Virus record (IMG/VR): IMGVR_UViG_3300046495_000014
Coordinates: 21,602-85,601 of that record
Length of the DNA stretch: 64,000 nucleotides
Strand: one strand, 5' to 3'
Source of the DNA: a virus
Lineage: Duplodnaviria > Caudoviricetes
A program made the translations under genes and the position numbers. Of this stretch, positions 45,318 to 53,634 are shown piece after piece (position 1 is the stretch's first letter; every line of letters begins with the position of its first letter). The notes under the pieces are model-generated. The model was not told the DNA's origin. It saw nothing but the letters and a program-made list of their open reading frames with translations, and did no database searches.

Positions 45318-45596
45318 ATGAACACGCTAGAATTCAAGATCCAAGTTCCGCAGTTCCGCCAGTTCGTAACCGGCACCCAGCTCGCGAACCAATCGACGTT
45401 CGACGTCGAACCGACGGTTCCCGCAGCCGTCGGGCATCACGTCCTGTTGCAAGAATTCGACGCTAAGGCCGACTTCACCGGGCAATGGATCCGAACCCGC
45501 ATCGTCGACGTCGACGCTACCGGGGCCCGCAAGGTTCTGACGCTGAAACTGATCGCCAAGAATTCAGTATCCCCGATGCGTCGGCGCGCCGCCTAA
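45318..45596 (+). CDS. DUF3850/ASCH-PUA-like protein
   Basis: LEFKI...AVGHHVLLQEFD...FTGQW; GAAGGA SD. Confidence 0.55.
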   Translation: MNTLEFKIQVPQFRQFVTGTQLANQSTFDVEPTVPAAVGHHVLLQEFDAKADFTGQWIRTRIVDVDATGARKVLTLKLIAKNSVSPMRRRAA

Positions 45597-46121
45597 CTAC
45601 GGCTTCGGATTCCCCAGTGATAGTTGCAGCGCTTCCAGGTCGTCCCGACTGTGCCCGGTCAGTATCATCACCCGGGTGATCGCGTCTAGCGCGTTGCGCC
45701 CGGCGTCGTTCGCCCGGTACATATCGTTCGCGCGTACGAACAGCGCGGCCTTCCCCACCCAGCCCATCGCCGACGTCGCGTCCACCGCCAGCGTCGACGA
45801 CTGAAGTCGACCCTGCAGCATAATCAACCAGTCAAACAGCCCGTCGATCGCTTCGGCCAATCCCCGTAAGTGTTCGGGTGTAGGCGCTACTATTACAGCG
45901 CGAATGTGGTTCGCGAATTCCTTCCCTAACACCTGCGGGGCGTACAACTGCGGGTTCAGGAAATCGCGAATATGAAGCGCCGTCGCTTCCGCCAACCCCA
46001 GCTGAATCGCCAACTGGTCGTTCGTCGGGGTTACGACGTACCCGCGTCCGTCCTTCGTCACGCGGATCGACGCCGCGGCGTTCGCCCGGAACTGTTCCCG
46101 CCGTTCGTCTAAGGTCTTCAT
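45597..46121 (-). CDS. Hypothetical protein
   Basis: 174 aa, AGGAGG SD. Confidence 0.7.
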   Translation of the reverse strand: MKTLDERREQFRANAAASIRVTKDGRGYVVTPTNDQLAIQLGLAEATALHIRDFLNPQLYAPQVLGKEFANHIRAVIVAPTPEHLRGLAEAIDGLFDWLIMLQGRLQSSTLAVDATSAMGWVGKAALFVRANDMYRANDAGRNALDAITRVMILTGHSRDDLEALQLSLGNPKP

Positions 46122-48046
46122 CGGCTACCTCCTAGCATCTTGGATACGACGTCCAGCGACCGGTGCAGTTCGACGCCAGCTGGCAACGATCGAACGTACT
46201 TCGCGCCGTACGGCTTATCGACGATCCGCCGGTCGCATACGACGATCACGCCGCGGTCCGTCCGCGACCGAATCAATCGCCCGAACCCCTGCCGGAATTC
46301 GATGATCGACTTCGGCAATGAATACCCCATGAACCAGCCGCGGGGATCTCGCTCCACGATAGCCTCGAACACTGGATCGTCGGGGTGCTCAAACGGTAGC
46401 CGGTCGATAACGACAGCCGATAACGCTTCCCCCTGAACGTCTATCCCTTCCCAGAACGACGACGTGCCCAGTAGGACCGACGACACGTCGGAACGGAACG
46501 CGTCGATCAACTGCGTCCGCGGCATGTCCCCCTGCTTGAGTATTCGGTACGGTAGCCGCTGCGCGACCAGATGACGGTGGGCTTCCTCGAGTACCCGATA
46601 CGACGTGAACAGCGCCAGCGTTCGCCCGCGCGCCCCGCGTACGGTATCCGCGACCACCTCGGCCACGACTTCGGCGAACATAGCGTGCTTCGGATCCGGT
46701 AGATCCCGCGGGACTACCAGCACAGCTGCGCCGTGGTGGTCGAAGGGAGATGGAACGATCAGTTCGTCCGCGCTGTACGCGCCCAGCTGGTGGGTTATGA
46801 AGTCGAACTTACCAGCGGTCGTGAGCGTCGCCGACGTCGCGACGATCGCCCGTATCGACTCGGATTCGAACAGCGCCCCCGAAAGGATCTTCGCGACGTC
46901 GATCGCCTTCATTCCCACCGACCAGTAGCCCTTGGGGTTATTCGCGCGTTCAGCGAAGTACACGCAGTTGTCCGACCCGGCTAGGGTATCCAACGCCCGT
47001 AGCTGGGCGGATAGCGACCGCGTTCGGGTTTCGCACTTTTCCAGCTTGGCCTTGTCGGTCTGAACCATCTCGATCGCCTTCCGCTGCCCGATCTTCGCAG
47101 CCGCGCCGTCCAGTAGGTTCGCCAACGCTTCCCCGTCGACTTCGCCGGGCTTGATGATCCGTAGCTTCACCCGTTCCTTATTCGGCCCGGGGCCTACCGC
47201 TACCCGTTTGAAATACGACTGTGCTGCAGTCACCACGCGGTCTTGATCGGCGGCCGGAAGCATCCGGGTCGCCCAGCGCACCATGCCCATCGTTACGCGC
47301 CAGCCGAAGAAGTCCCGGCTGATATCCGCGGCCTGGTGCGCTTCGTCCAGGACCACTAGGCTGTACGCCGGTAGGATCCCCGACGTATCGGCTTCCGCCG
47401 ACTTGATCGCTAGGTCGGCGAAAAAAAGGTGGTAGTTCGTGATGATGACCTGCGCCGCGTTTACCCTTCGGCGCGCGGCCATGCCGTGGCATTCCGCGTA
47501 GTGCGAGCACTTCTTCCCGATGCAGTCGTCGGCCGTCGTCGTAATCGACGCCCTGGTTCGGGGGGGTAGCTCGATCGGAAGCTCTGACAAGTCCCCCTGG
47601 ATCGTCTGGTTCTTCCAGTCGGTAAGCATATTCCAGGTCGCGCGGTCGTCGTCGTTGTGAAGTAGCGATTCGGCTTCGGCGTCCTGCCATTTCTCCAAGC
47701 AAAGGTAGTTGCCGATCCCCTTCGCTAGCGCGTACTGGAACGGCCACTCAGGTAACGCCGCTTGAAGCATCGGCAGGTCCTTCGCGATCAACTGTTCCTG
47801 CAACGCGATGTTCGCAGTAACGACTACGGTCCGCGTCGAATTCCGCGCCGCCTGGTAAATCGCTGGCACTAAGTACGCGTGTGACTTACCGGTTCCCGTC
47901 GGAGCTTCGACGAACAGACAGCCGCCGTCTTCGAACGTCCGAGCGATAGCAGCGGCCATCGTTACCTGTCCGGCTCTAACTTCGTAGCGCGGCCCGGTCG
48001 CCAGCGCTAACGGCCCGCCTGGGGCGAATACTTCGGGGATCGTCAT
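46118..48046 (-). CDS. dinG: DinG/YoaA-family helicase (start reassigned to MTIPEV)
   Basis: EAPTGTGKS, Fe-S cysteines, DEAH, QGFGRLIR; CATAGT box 7 nt before ATG. Confidence 0.92.
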   Translation of the reverse strand: MTIPEVFAPGGPLALATGPRYEVRAGQVTMAAAIARTFEDGGCLFVEAPTGTGKSHAYLVPAIYQAARNSTRTVVVTANIALQEQLIAKDLPMLQAALPEWPFQYALAKGIGNYLCLEKWQDAEAESLLHNDDDRATWNMLTDWKNQTIQGDLSELPIELPPRTRASITTTADDCIGKKCSHYAECHGMAARRRVNAAQVIITNYHLFFADLAIKSAEADTSGILPAYSLVVLDEAHQAADISRDFFGWRVTMGMVRWATRMLPAADQDRVVTAAQSYFKRVAVGPGPNKERVKLRIIKPGEVDGEALANLLDGAAAKIGQRKAIEMVQTDKAKLEKCETRTRSLSAQLRALDTLAGSDNCVYFAERANNPKGYWSVGMKAIDVAKILSGALFESESIRAIVATSATLTTAGKFDFITHQLGAYSADELIVPSPFDHHGAAVLVVPRDLPDPKHAMFAEVVAEVVADTVRGARGRTLALFTSYRVLEEAHRHLVAQRLPYRILKQGDMPRTQLIDAFRSDVSSVLLGTSSFWEGIDVQGEALSAVVIDRLPFEHPDDPVFEAIVERDPRGWFMGYSLPKSIIEFRQGFGRLIRSRTDRGVIVVCDRRIVDKPYGAKYVRSLPAGVELHRSLDVVSKMLGGSR

Positions 48047-48064
48047 CGCCCCTACTATGACGCG

Positions 48065-48086
48065 GACGCCGGATCGATCCGGCGTC
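48065..48086. repeat. 22-bp palindrome copy 11
   Basis: Exact; 5 nt from CATAGT box 48054-48059. Confidence 0.95.
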
Positions 48087-48105
48087 CGTTTACATCCTCC
48101 CGATA

Positions 48106-48447
48106 TCAAGCATTGGCGAAATCGCGAACGTTCGCCCAGTCTTCATCGTGGTCCTGTTCGCAAAACTCCTTTAGTTCAGCGAACGACGCAAATGTGACGA
48201 CCCGATACCCACCATTCCGAATCTGCTCTTGAGTCGGAACTAAACTCGCAGCGTCTTCGTCGGTGTTGTCGTAATTGTCGAACCCGTAGTTGTCCCACAT
48301 TGCCGACCAGACGTCGCCGTGCGCTGCCCCGATTGAACCGGCAGACTCGCCGTAATACGCCGCAAACGTCGCGTCTCCCTGCTTTAGCTGAATGGTGACG
48401 CCGCCGCCGTTGTCGAAGATTACCGTCGCAGTTACTGGTGTTTTCAT
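48106..48447 (-). CDS. Acidic hypothetical protein
   Basis: 113 aa behind class II cassette. Confidence 0.7.
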   Translation of the reverse strand: MKTPVTATVIFDNGGGVTIQLKQGDATFAAYYGESAGSIGAAHGDVWSAMWDNYGFDNYDNTDEDAASLVPTQEQIRNGGYRVVTFASFAELKEFCEQDHDEDWANVRDFANA

Positions 48448-48511
48448 GGTGGTTGATTCCTTCCCCGTGACTCCCTAGTTATGGCGCACCGTGCGCCAGT
48501 AGTCCACAACA
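48448..48511 (-). promoter_or_regulatory. Class II promoter-operator-RBS cassette, copy c
   Basis: TGGACT-17 nt-CATAAC; TGGCGCACGGTGCGCCA; GGGGAAGGAATC. Confidence 0.75.
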
Positions 48512-48517
48512 ATCGAC

Positions 48518-48539
48518 AGCGCCGGATCGATCCGGCGTC
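48518..48539. repeat. 22-bp palindrome variant (2 mismatches); partial CGGATCGATCCG at 48552-48563
   Basis: Core CGCCGGATCGATCCGGCG intact. Confidence 0.85.
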
Positions 48540-48541
48540 CG

Positions 48542-48877
48542 TCAGTACCAGCGGATCGATCCGGTTCCAGCCCGGTCGCATAGCTCTAGTAGTCGCGCCG
48601 TCGTTTCCCGTAGGTAACCCGGACGCCGGGCGAACTGAATCCGCCGCCCCTCGACCGTCGCGGCCGATCCCGCGTCGTCGTTCCGGGGTATCGGCCAGAG
48701 TCGGCGACGGCACTTCGCGGCGACTTCGCCGACGGGTAGTTCGCCGACTAATACGTCGAACGTCGGCAAGCCGATCCAGGTCATTAGATCTGCAGCGTTG
48801 ACGTTCGCAAGACTAACGAACGTCAACGGATCGTCATAGTCGACCTGGATCGCGGACGCTGAAAAAGTGACGGACAT
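48542..48877 (-). CDS. Hypothetical protein (start reassigned to MSVTF)
   Basis: TAATG-coupled. Confidence 0.6.
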   Translation of the reverse strand: MSVTFSASAIQVDYDDPLTFVSLANVNAADLMTWIGLPTFDVLVGELPVGEVAAKCRRRLWPIPRNDDAGSAATVEGRRIQFARRPGYLRETTARLLELCDRAGTGSIRWY

Positions 48878-49086
48878 TAGCGGGCCGAATCCATATTGGG
48901 GGTTAGGTCTTCGACCGAAATGCAGTGACAGATCGGGCAGCAAGCGACGATGATCGCGTCAACAAGCGGGTTTTTATTATGGGCCGATCCCAGTTCAGCC
49001 CCCAGCGTAACGGCCTTACACTTCAGGCATTCGAACCGGTGGTTCGGATCCAGGATTTCGGGGACTACTGCGTTCGGGTGCGCCAT
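48877..49086 (-). CDS. Small zinc-binding-like protein
   Basis: CLKC and CPIC motifs; ATG lies in last tandem repeat. Confidence 0.6.
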   Translation of the reverse strand: MAHPNAVVPEILDPNHRFECLKCKAVTLGAELGSAHNKNPLVDAIIVACCPICHCISVEDLTPNMDSAR

Positions 49087-49140
49087 GTGTCAACAATGGT
49101 GCGCCATGTGTCAACAATGGTGCGCCATGTGTCAACAATG
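49078..49140. repeat. 3 x 21-bp tandem repeat CATTGTTGACACATGGCGCAC (minus strand)
   Basis: Three exact units. Confidence 0.95.
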
Positions 49141-49163
49141 GCGCACCATGCCCCACTGGTCCA
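49135..49163 (-). promoter_or_regulatory. Class II promoter variant, copy e
   Basis: TGGACC-17 nt-CATTGT; degenerate operator TGGGGCATGGTGCGCCA. Confidence 0.6.
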
Positions 49164-49165
49164 AC

Positions 49166-49447
49166 TCAATCGTCAGCCGGGTTTCCGATTCTTCGCGACC
49201 CGGCTCCGACTACTACCGGGGCCGACAGCGGATCCCCGTGCAGGTGCACGATGGCGAACCGCTGGATGTGCTTCCGGACCTGACCACTATCGCAAGCGCC
49301 CCGGTGGTCGTGCTTGCAGACGTCGCAGGTCGCCCCCCACATTTGGGTCTCGGGCATCCCGTCGTCGTCGTACTGCCGTACTTCGTACCAGCCACGGACG
49401 TGCGGGGCGAACTGCGGTGACCAGTCGACGCGTTCAGGGAACGCCAT
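49166..49447 (-). CDS. Small Cys/His protein
   Basis: CDVC...C...H motifs; GAAAGGT SD. Confidence 0.6.
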   Translation of the reverse strand: MAFPERVDWSPQFAPHVRGWYEVRQYDDDGMPETQMWGATCDVCKHDHRGACDSGQVRKHIQRFAIVHLHGDPLSAPVVVGAGSRRIGNPADD

Positions 49448-49748
49448 CGCAACCTTTCAACGCCTCGATCAACGCTACCAATTCTCGATCGTACCCGTCC
49501 GCCGAATCCTTAGTGTCGGGCGGTTCGATCCGATTCATAACGAATGACGTCGCTAACCCGATAACCTTACGAGTCACCACGTCCCGGTTCTGCAACTGAA
49601 TGTTCGCCGCCGCCAGTTCGGCGATCTGTTTCTCCCGCGCCGCCGCGCGCTGTTCGGCGTCCGCCACCCGGGTCGTTAGTTCCTTCATCACGGCGGTGTA
49701 AAACCCTACGACTGACACAATCGCGTTCGACGCAGCTTCGATGCTCAT
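49434..49748 (-). CDS. Coiled-coil hypothetical protein
   Basis: 104 aa, coupled. Confidence 0.65.
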   Translation of the reverse strand: MSIEAASNAIVSVVGFYTAVMKELTTRVADAEQRAAAREKQIAELAAANIQLQNRDVVTRKVIGLATSFVMNRIEPPDTKDSADGYDRELVALIEALKGCDGVP

Positions 49749-50227
49749 TTGGGATCGTCCTCGTATTGTAACGGTTCAGGGATCACACGGATGTCTTGCC
49801 CGCGCGCCAGTAGGTCGAAGAACGCGCGCTTGTCCGGGGCGGATACGTTCGCCAGCGGATCGGCGGGGTCGTACCCCGCTTCCAGTATTCGACGGACCTT
49901 CGGGTTCGCCGCTGCCAGCGACCAGTCTTCCAACTGTAGTTCCGCCAGCACTTCCGGGGCCGACGTCGGCCCGGTCCACCCGCGTTCCTGCCATTCGTAG
50001 CCGCGAACGAACCCGTCCCGGTACGCGGCTTCCAGTAGGTAACGGCAGTATCCGGCGACGACTTCCCGGGGCGCGTCGGGGTTCAGCGCCAGCCACAGTT
50101 GCAGTTCTTCCGTCACCCGCCGGGGTACTTCCGGGCCTTCGTAGTAACGATCGAACAGTCGATCGACTAACCGCTTCAACGCGCGCATTAGCCGCGACGG
50201 CCGGACCCGCTTCGGTTTAGTCGCCAT
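49745..50227 (-). CDS. Hypothetical protein
   Basis: 160 aa. Confidence 0.7.
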   Translation of the reverse strand: MATKPKRVRPSRLMRALKRLVDRLFDRYYEGPEVPRRVTEELQLWLALNPDAPREVVAGYCRYLLEAAYRDGFVRGYEWQERGWTGPTSAPEVLAELQLEDWSLAAANPKVRRILEAGYDPADPLANVSAPDKRAFFDLLARGQDIRVIPEPLQYEDDPK

Positions 50228-52691
50228 CGGTTCCCCCGTCGACGTACTGCGTCAGATCGTCGGGTACGCAGTTCGAGATGTCGCCGCAGGATTCGACGGC
50301 CTTCTTCATATCGCCCTTGAGGAACACGAGTACCGTCTGGTGCGTCCGGCATAGTTTGCGCCCAGCGATGAAGTGCTTGGCCGCGCGTAGGGGTACGCTG
50401 TTCAGCGACGTCACGAGGATCGCTTCGTTGTAATACGACAACCCAGCGTCCGCGAACGCCTGGATCGTACCGGGAACGAATCCGCGGTACGCCCCCGACT
50501 TCGATCGAGCGTCCCGAACTTCGCCGATCACCCAGACCGCGAACCGGTTGTTCGCCAGTCGGGCGCACGACTTCGCGATGATGTCCCGATAGACAGCCCA
50601 AAACGCTTCCGCCCCCATCACGCTGATGTCGCGCGGATCGTCCGAGTAAGTCTCGAGATCCATATACGGGGGGCAACTGAAGATCAGATCGACGTTGTTC
50701 GGGCCGTTATGCGGGTCGGCTAAGTACGTCGACGAATCGGCGGCTACCCACTCCACACCGCCCTGGTCCGACCGGAACCGATGTCCGATCTGGTTCGCTT
50801 GGTACTGGTTCGCTTCGACCTGTTCGGGTCGTAGATCGATCCCGCAGTACCGAAGGCCCAGCCGCTGCGCGACCAGTCCGCGGACGCTCCCGCCCGCGAA
50901 CGGATCCAGCACGGCCGCACCGACGTGCCCGAACCACCGATAAGCCAGTTCGGCCAGTACCGGATCGAATATGCTCAACGTCGTCTGAATCTCGCTGGTG
51001 TCCAGCGGCTGGCCTAGCGCGTCCCCTTGAGTCACCATCCCAGCGGCCCCCACCCGAACCCGGTTCCCGTCGCCGTCCACGCGTCGCGCCGAAGGTAGGA
51101 TGCCCTTCGGCGGCTTCGGCGGCCGGGTCTTCGTCCCCGACTCCGGAACGAACGTCGCCGTATTCTCACGCCCCAAGTACGACTTCAGACCTAGATCGAT
51201 CCACGCCTTCTTCCGATCCTTCCAGTACCCTTGGCGCGCGTCCAGCACCGTGAAGGGGGGGACGGTAAACCGTTCGGCTAGCGTCGTCGTCGCGCGCTCC
51301 ACGTTCGCGTCCGTATCCGGAGCGCTGCCGCCCAGTAGTCGCGACAACTCCGACTGGTCCCACCCAAGTTGTAACGCGCGACCGTCGGGCAAATGCTTCA
51401 GTAATCCGGACAACTTCGACTGGTCCCACGTAGCCAGTTCGCTGGCCTTGTTGTCGGCTAGCGCCAGTTCGTTCGCCTGCGTCCGCGTTAGGTCGGCGCG
51501 GATTCGAACAGGCACGCGCCCAGTACGAACGGCTTGGATCGCTCCCGGATGCCACGTCGATCGTTCTTCCTGCCCGGCCGCTGCGTACCGCTTAGCTAGA
51601 ATGAACATGGCCTTCTTGCGGGTATGCCCCGCGATCAGCCGCTCCCGCCCATCCCGATCCGGATCGGGCCACGCCGATAATGGGGCCGCGAATCCGTACA
51701 GCACGATCAGATCGGCGACGACTTCCGCCGCCCCGTCGTTGTCCCTTGGGTTCTCATCCCAGTCGTCCAACTCAGTAAAGAGCCGCCACACGGCGGGCGC
51801 TTCGTCGGGGTCGCGATCGTCCAACGGTACGTACGGCGCCGACTCCACCGCAACTGGCACAGCAACGGATACAGTGCGGGACCCACCGGCGTCAACCGGC
51901 GCCCCATTACCGCGGTGTCCGACTAGCCACAACAAATCCCCAGCCTGTAAGAACGGAACGCACTTCGCTTCGTAGATCGGATCCAGCGCCACCCCGTCGA
52001 CGGCAACCCCGTCGCACGACTGGCTGTACTCCATCGGCGACTTCACGATCGTCAGCACTGACCGCCAATTCATCGGAGCGTATTCGTCCAACCGCTTTAT
52101 CGGATCCGCCCCCACCTGCACGCCCATTACCGTCGCCGGGTGGTTCCGTTCGAGCAACCCAGCGACTACACCAGCCGCCGACATCCCCGACCCGATGGGC
52201 ATCACGATTCGTCGGATCGTATCGGGGATCGACGCCACTTGCCCGGCGGTAGCCGTTACCGCTTCGGGGCACACCATCCCGAACGGGATATAGAATCGGC
52301 CGGGTTCCGCGGCGTACGCCTTCGCCCTAGCTACGATGACCGAATTGTACCCGGGGCGGTGTTGCTGCACCTGCGCCCCTAACGCCTGGGCCGCCGTAAT
52401 CTCAGCGCCTAGTTCCCCGGCTGGAACGTGGACGGTCACGGTCAGTCCGACCGCGTTTCCCAGCGCCGCCACGATGTGACACTGCGGTGAGTGCCGGCTA
52501 CCCGCCGTCACCAGTTCACAAAATCCCAACTCGACCGCCCTGGTTACTAGGTTGTGGCAGGTGCGGACCTTACCGCCGAAGATGCCAGCGACGCTGAACA
52601 AGTCGTCCCGCTTCAACCACCAGTCCCCGCGCCGTTCCACCGGCGTCAATTCGTCTCCATCGTACAATCGCGTGCGTAATTTGCGTGCCAT
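50217..52691 (-). CDS. Fusion: PLP-dependent ACC-deaminase-like enzyme + ParB-like domain + DNA amino-methyltransferase
   Basis: LTPV...LKRDD...GGKVR; WDENPRDN...LIAGHTR; VLDPFAGG and DLIFSCPPY. Confidence 0.85.
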   Translation of the reverse strand: MARKLRTRLYDGDELTPVERRGDWWLKRDDLFSVAGIFGGKVRTCHNLVTRAVELGFCELVTAGSRHSPQCHIVAALGNAVGLTVTVHVPAGELGAEITAAQALGAQVQQHRPGYNSVIVARAKAYAAEPGRFYIPFGMVCPEAVTATAGQVASIPDTIRRIVMPIGSGMSAAGVVAGLLERNHPATVMGVQVGADPIKRLDEYAPMNWRSVLTIVKSPMEYSQSCDGVAVDGVALDPIYEAKCVPFLQAGDLLWLVGHRGNGAPVDAGGSRTVSVAVPVAVESAPYVPLDDRDPDEAPAVWRLFTELDDWDENPRDNDGAAEVVADLIVLYGFAAPLSAWPDPDRDGRERLIAGHTRKKAMFILAKRYAAAGQEERSTWHPGAIQAVRTGRVPVRIRADLTRTQANELALADNKASELATWDQSKLSGLLKHLPDGRALQLGWDQSELSRLLGGSAPDTDANVERATTTLAERFTVPPFTVLDARQGYWKDRKKAWIDLGLKSYLGRENTATFVPESGTKTRPPKPPKGILPSARRVDGDGNRVRVGAAGMVTQGDALGQPLDTSEIQTTLSIFDPVLAELAYRWFGHVGAAVLDPFAGGSVRGLVAQRLGLRYCGIDLRPEQVEANQYQANQIGHRFRSDQGGVEWVAADSSTYLADPHNGPNNVDLIFSCPPYMDLETYSDDPRDISVMGAEAFWAVYRDIIAKSCARLANNRFAVWVIGEVRDARSKSGAYRGFVPGTIQAFADAGLSYYNEAILVTSLNSVPLRAAKHFIAGRKLCRTHQTVLVFLKGDMKKAVESCGDISNCVPDDLTQYVDGGTDGD

Positions 52692-52715
52692 AGTTCCCGC
52701 CCGAACTATGGCACG
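52684..52715. promoter_or_regulatory. 13-bp inverted repeat spanning CATAGT box and ATG of the fusion gene
   Basis: CGTGCCATAGTTC-6 nt-GAACTATGGCACG. Confidence 0.8.
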
Positions 52716-52740
52716 AACCTAGTTCGGGCGCGCGACCCGT

Positions 52741-53058
52741 TCAGTCCGCGATATCCCAGGGCCATACGACCAGCGTTCGACGCTTCCCCTGCGCCGTCTG
52801 GTAAACCTTCGTCCCGTTTCGCACCGCAGACTTCTGGTAGTGACAGACCGTTGCGGTTTCGACTATCAGTCGACCCGTAAGCATCGTCGATCCGGACAGC
52901 ACGTCGCGCCGAATCACTCGGGCTTCGTACGCGAACGTATTCCGCAGCGGTCCGTACATCCCCATGTCTTCCGCGTAAATCCGAACGACACGGCCCGGCT
53001 CGAACTTCATCGACTGGACGACCGCCGCCGCCCGCTTCGGTAGCGCGAACCGGGTCAT
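52741..53058 (-). CDS. Basic hypothetical protein
   Basis: 105 aa, coupled. Confidence 0.6.
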   Translation of the reverse strand: MTRFALPKRAAAVVQSMKFEPGRVVRIYAEDMGMYGPLRNTFAYEARVIRRDVLSGSTMLTGRLIVETATVCHYQKSAVRNGTKVYQTAQGKRRTLVVWPWDIAD

Positions 53059-53345
53059 ACGCCCGACGCCTTCCCTACCGCGCTGAACCCGTACAACCCG
53101 CCGGGGGTAACCCGGATCTGATATCGAAACCCGCCGGCCTCGAAACGACAGCCGAACGGCTTCTTCGACGCGCTAACGAATACGCCGCCTAGTTCTTCGA
53201 CCTTCGCTTTCATCGCCGTCGCGTAGTCGTCGAAGTTCTCGAAAGTCTTTTCGATCTTCCAGCGACCGACGAGCATCAAAAGTAGGTCTTCCATCCCGTC
53301 GAATACGATCGACGCCGGGCCCTTCTGATTTACCGGCGCATTCAT
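53055..53345 (-). CDS. Hypothetical protein
   Basis: 96 aa, ATGA-coupled. Confidence 0.65.
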   Translation of the reverse strand: MNAPVNQKGPASIVFDGMEDLLLMLVGRWKIEKTFENFDDYATAMKAKVEELGGVFVSASKKPFGCRFEAGGFRYQIRVTPGGLYGFSAVGKASGV

Positions 53346-53560
53346 GACATCCCCGCTACCGCTACGCCGGATCGATCCGACGTCAGTCCGTACATCGACG
53401 CGAAGTACTCGTCGAACGAATCGCAGATCTCGAGTTGTTGGCGAGCCTGTCGCTTATTCGCGAACGGGTCCGTCGACGTCAGACGGGCCGCGTATTCGTT
53501 CCGCTTCCGAAGGTTCTCTTCGTAGTTTTCCAGGACTGTCGTTGTTGCTGGTCTAAACAT
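53342..53560 (-). CDS. Small hypothetical protein (start reassigned to MFRPA)
   Basis: Behind class II cassette; carries palindrome variant in frame. Confidence 0.6.
   Translation of the reverse strand: MFRPATTTVLENYEENLRKRNEYAARLTSTDPFANKRQARQQLEICDSFDEYFASMYGLTSDRSGVAVAGMS
53363..53384. repeat. 22-bp palindrome variant TACGCCGGATCGATCCGACGTC
   Basis: 2 mismatches to consensus. Confidence 0.85.
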
Positions 53561-53625
53561 GGTGGGCTGATTCCTTCCCCGTCTCCCGTATGTTATGGCG
53601 CACGGTGCGCCAGTAGTCCACAACA
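53561..53625 (-). promoter_or_regulatory. Class II promoter-operator-RBS cassette, copy d
   Basis: TGGACT-17 nt-CATAAC; TGGCGCACCGTGCGCCA; GGGGAAGGAATC. Confidence 0.75.
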
Positions 53626-53634
53626 TTCGATCGA

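Noticed and set aside
49078-49140. Possible CRISPR array
   Set aside because: Units are directly adjacent with no spacers, and no cas genes are seen; the dispersed 22-mers are kilobases apart.
50217-52691. Dnd-type phosphorothioation system
   Set aside because: The PLP domain looks fold-type II rather than DndA/IscS-like, and no DndC, DndD or DndE equivalents are adjacent.
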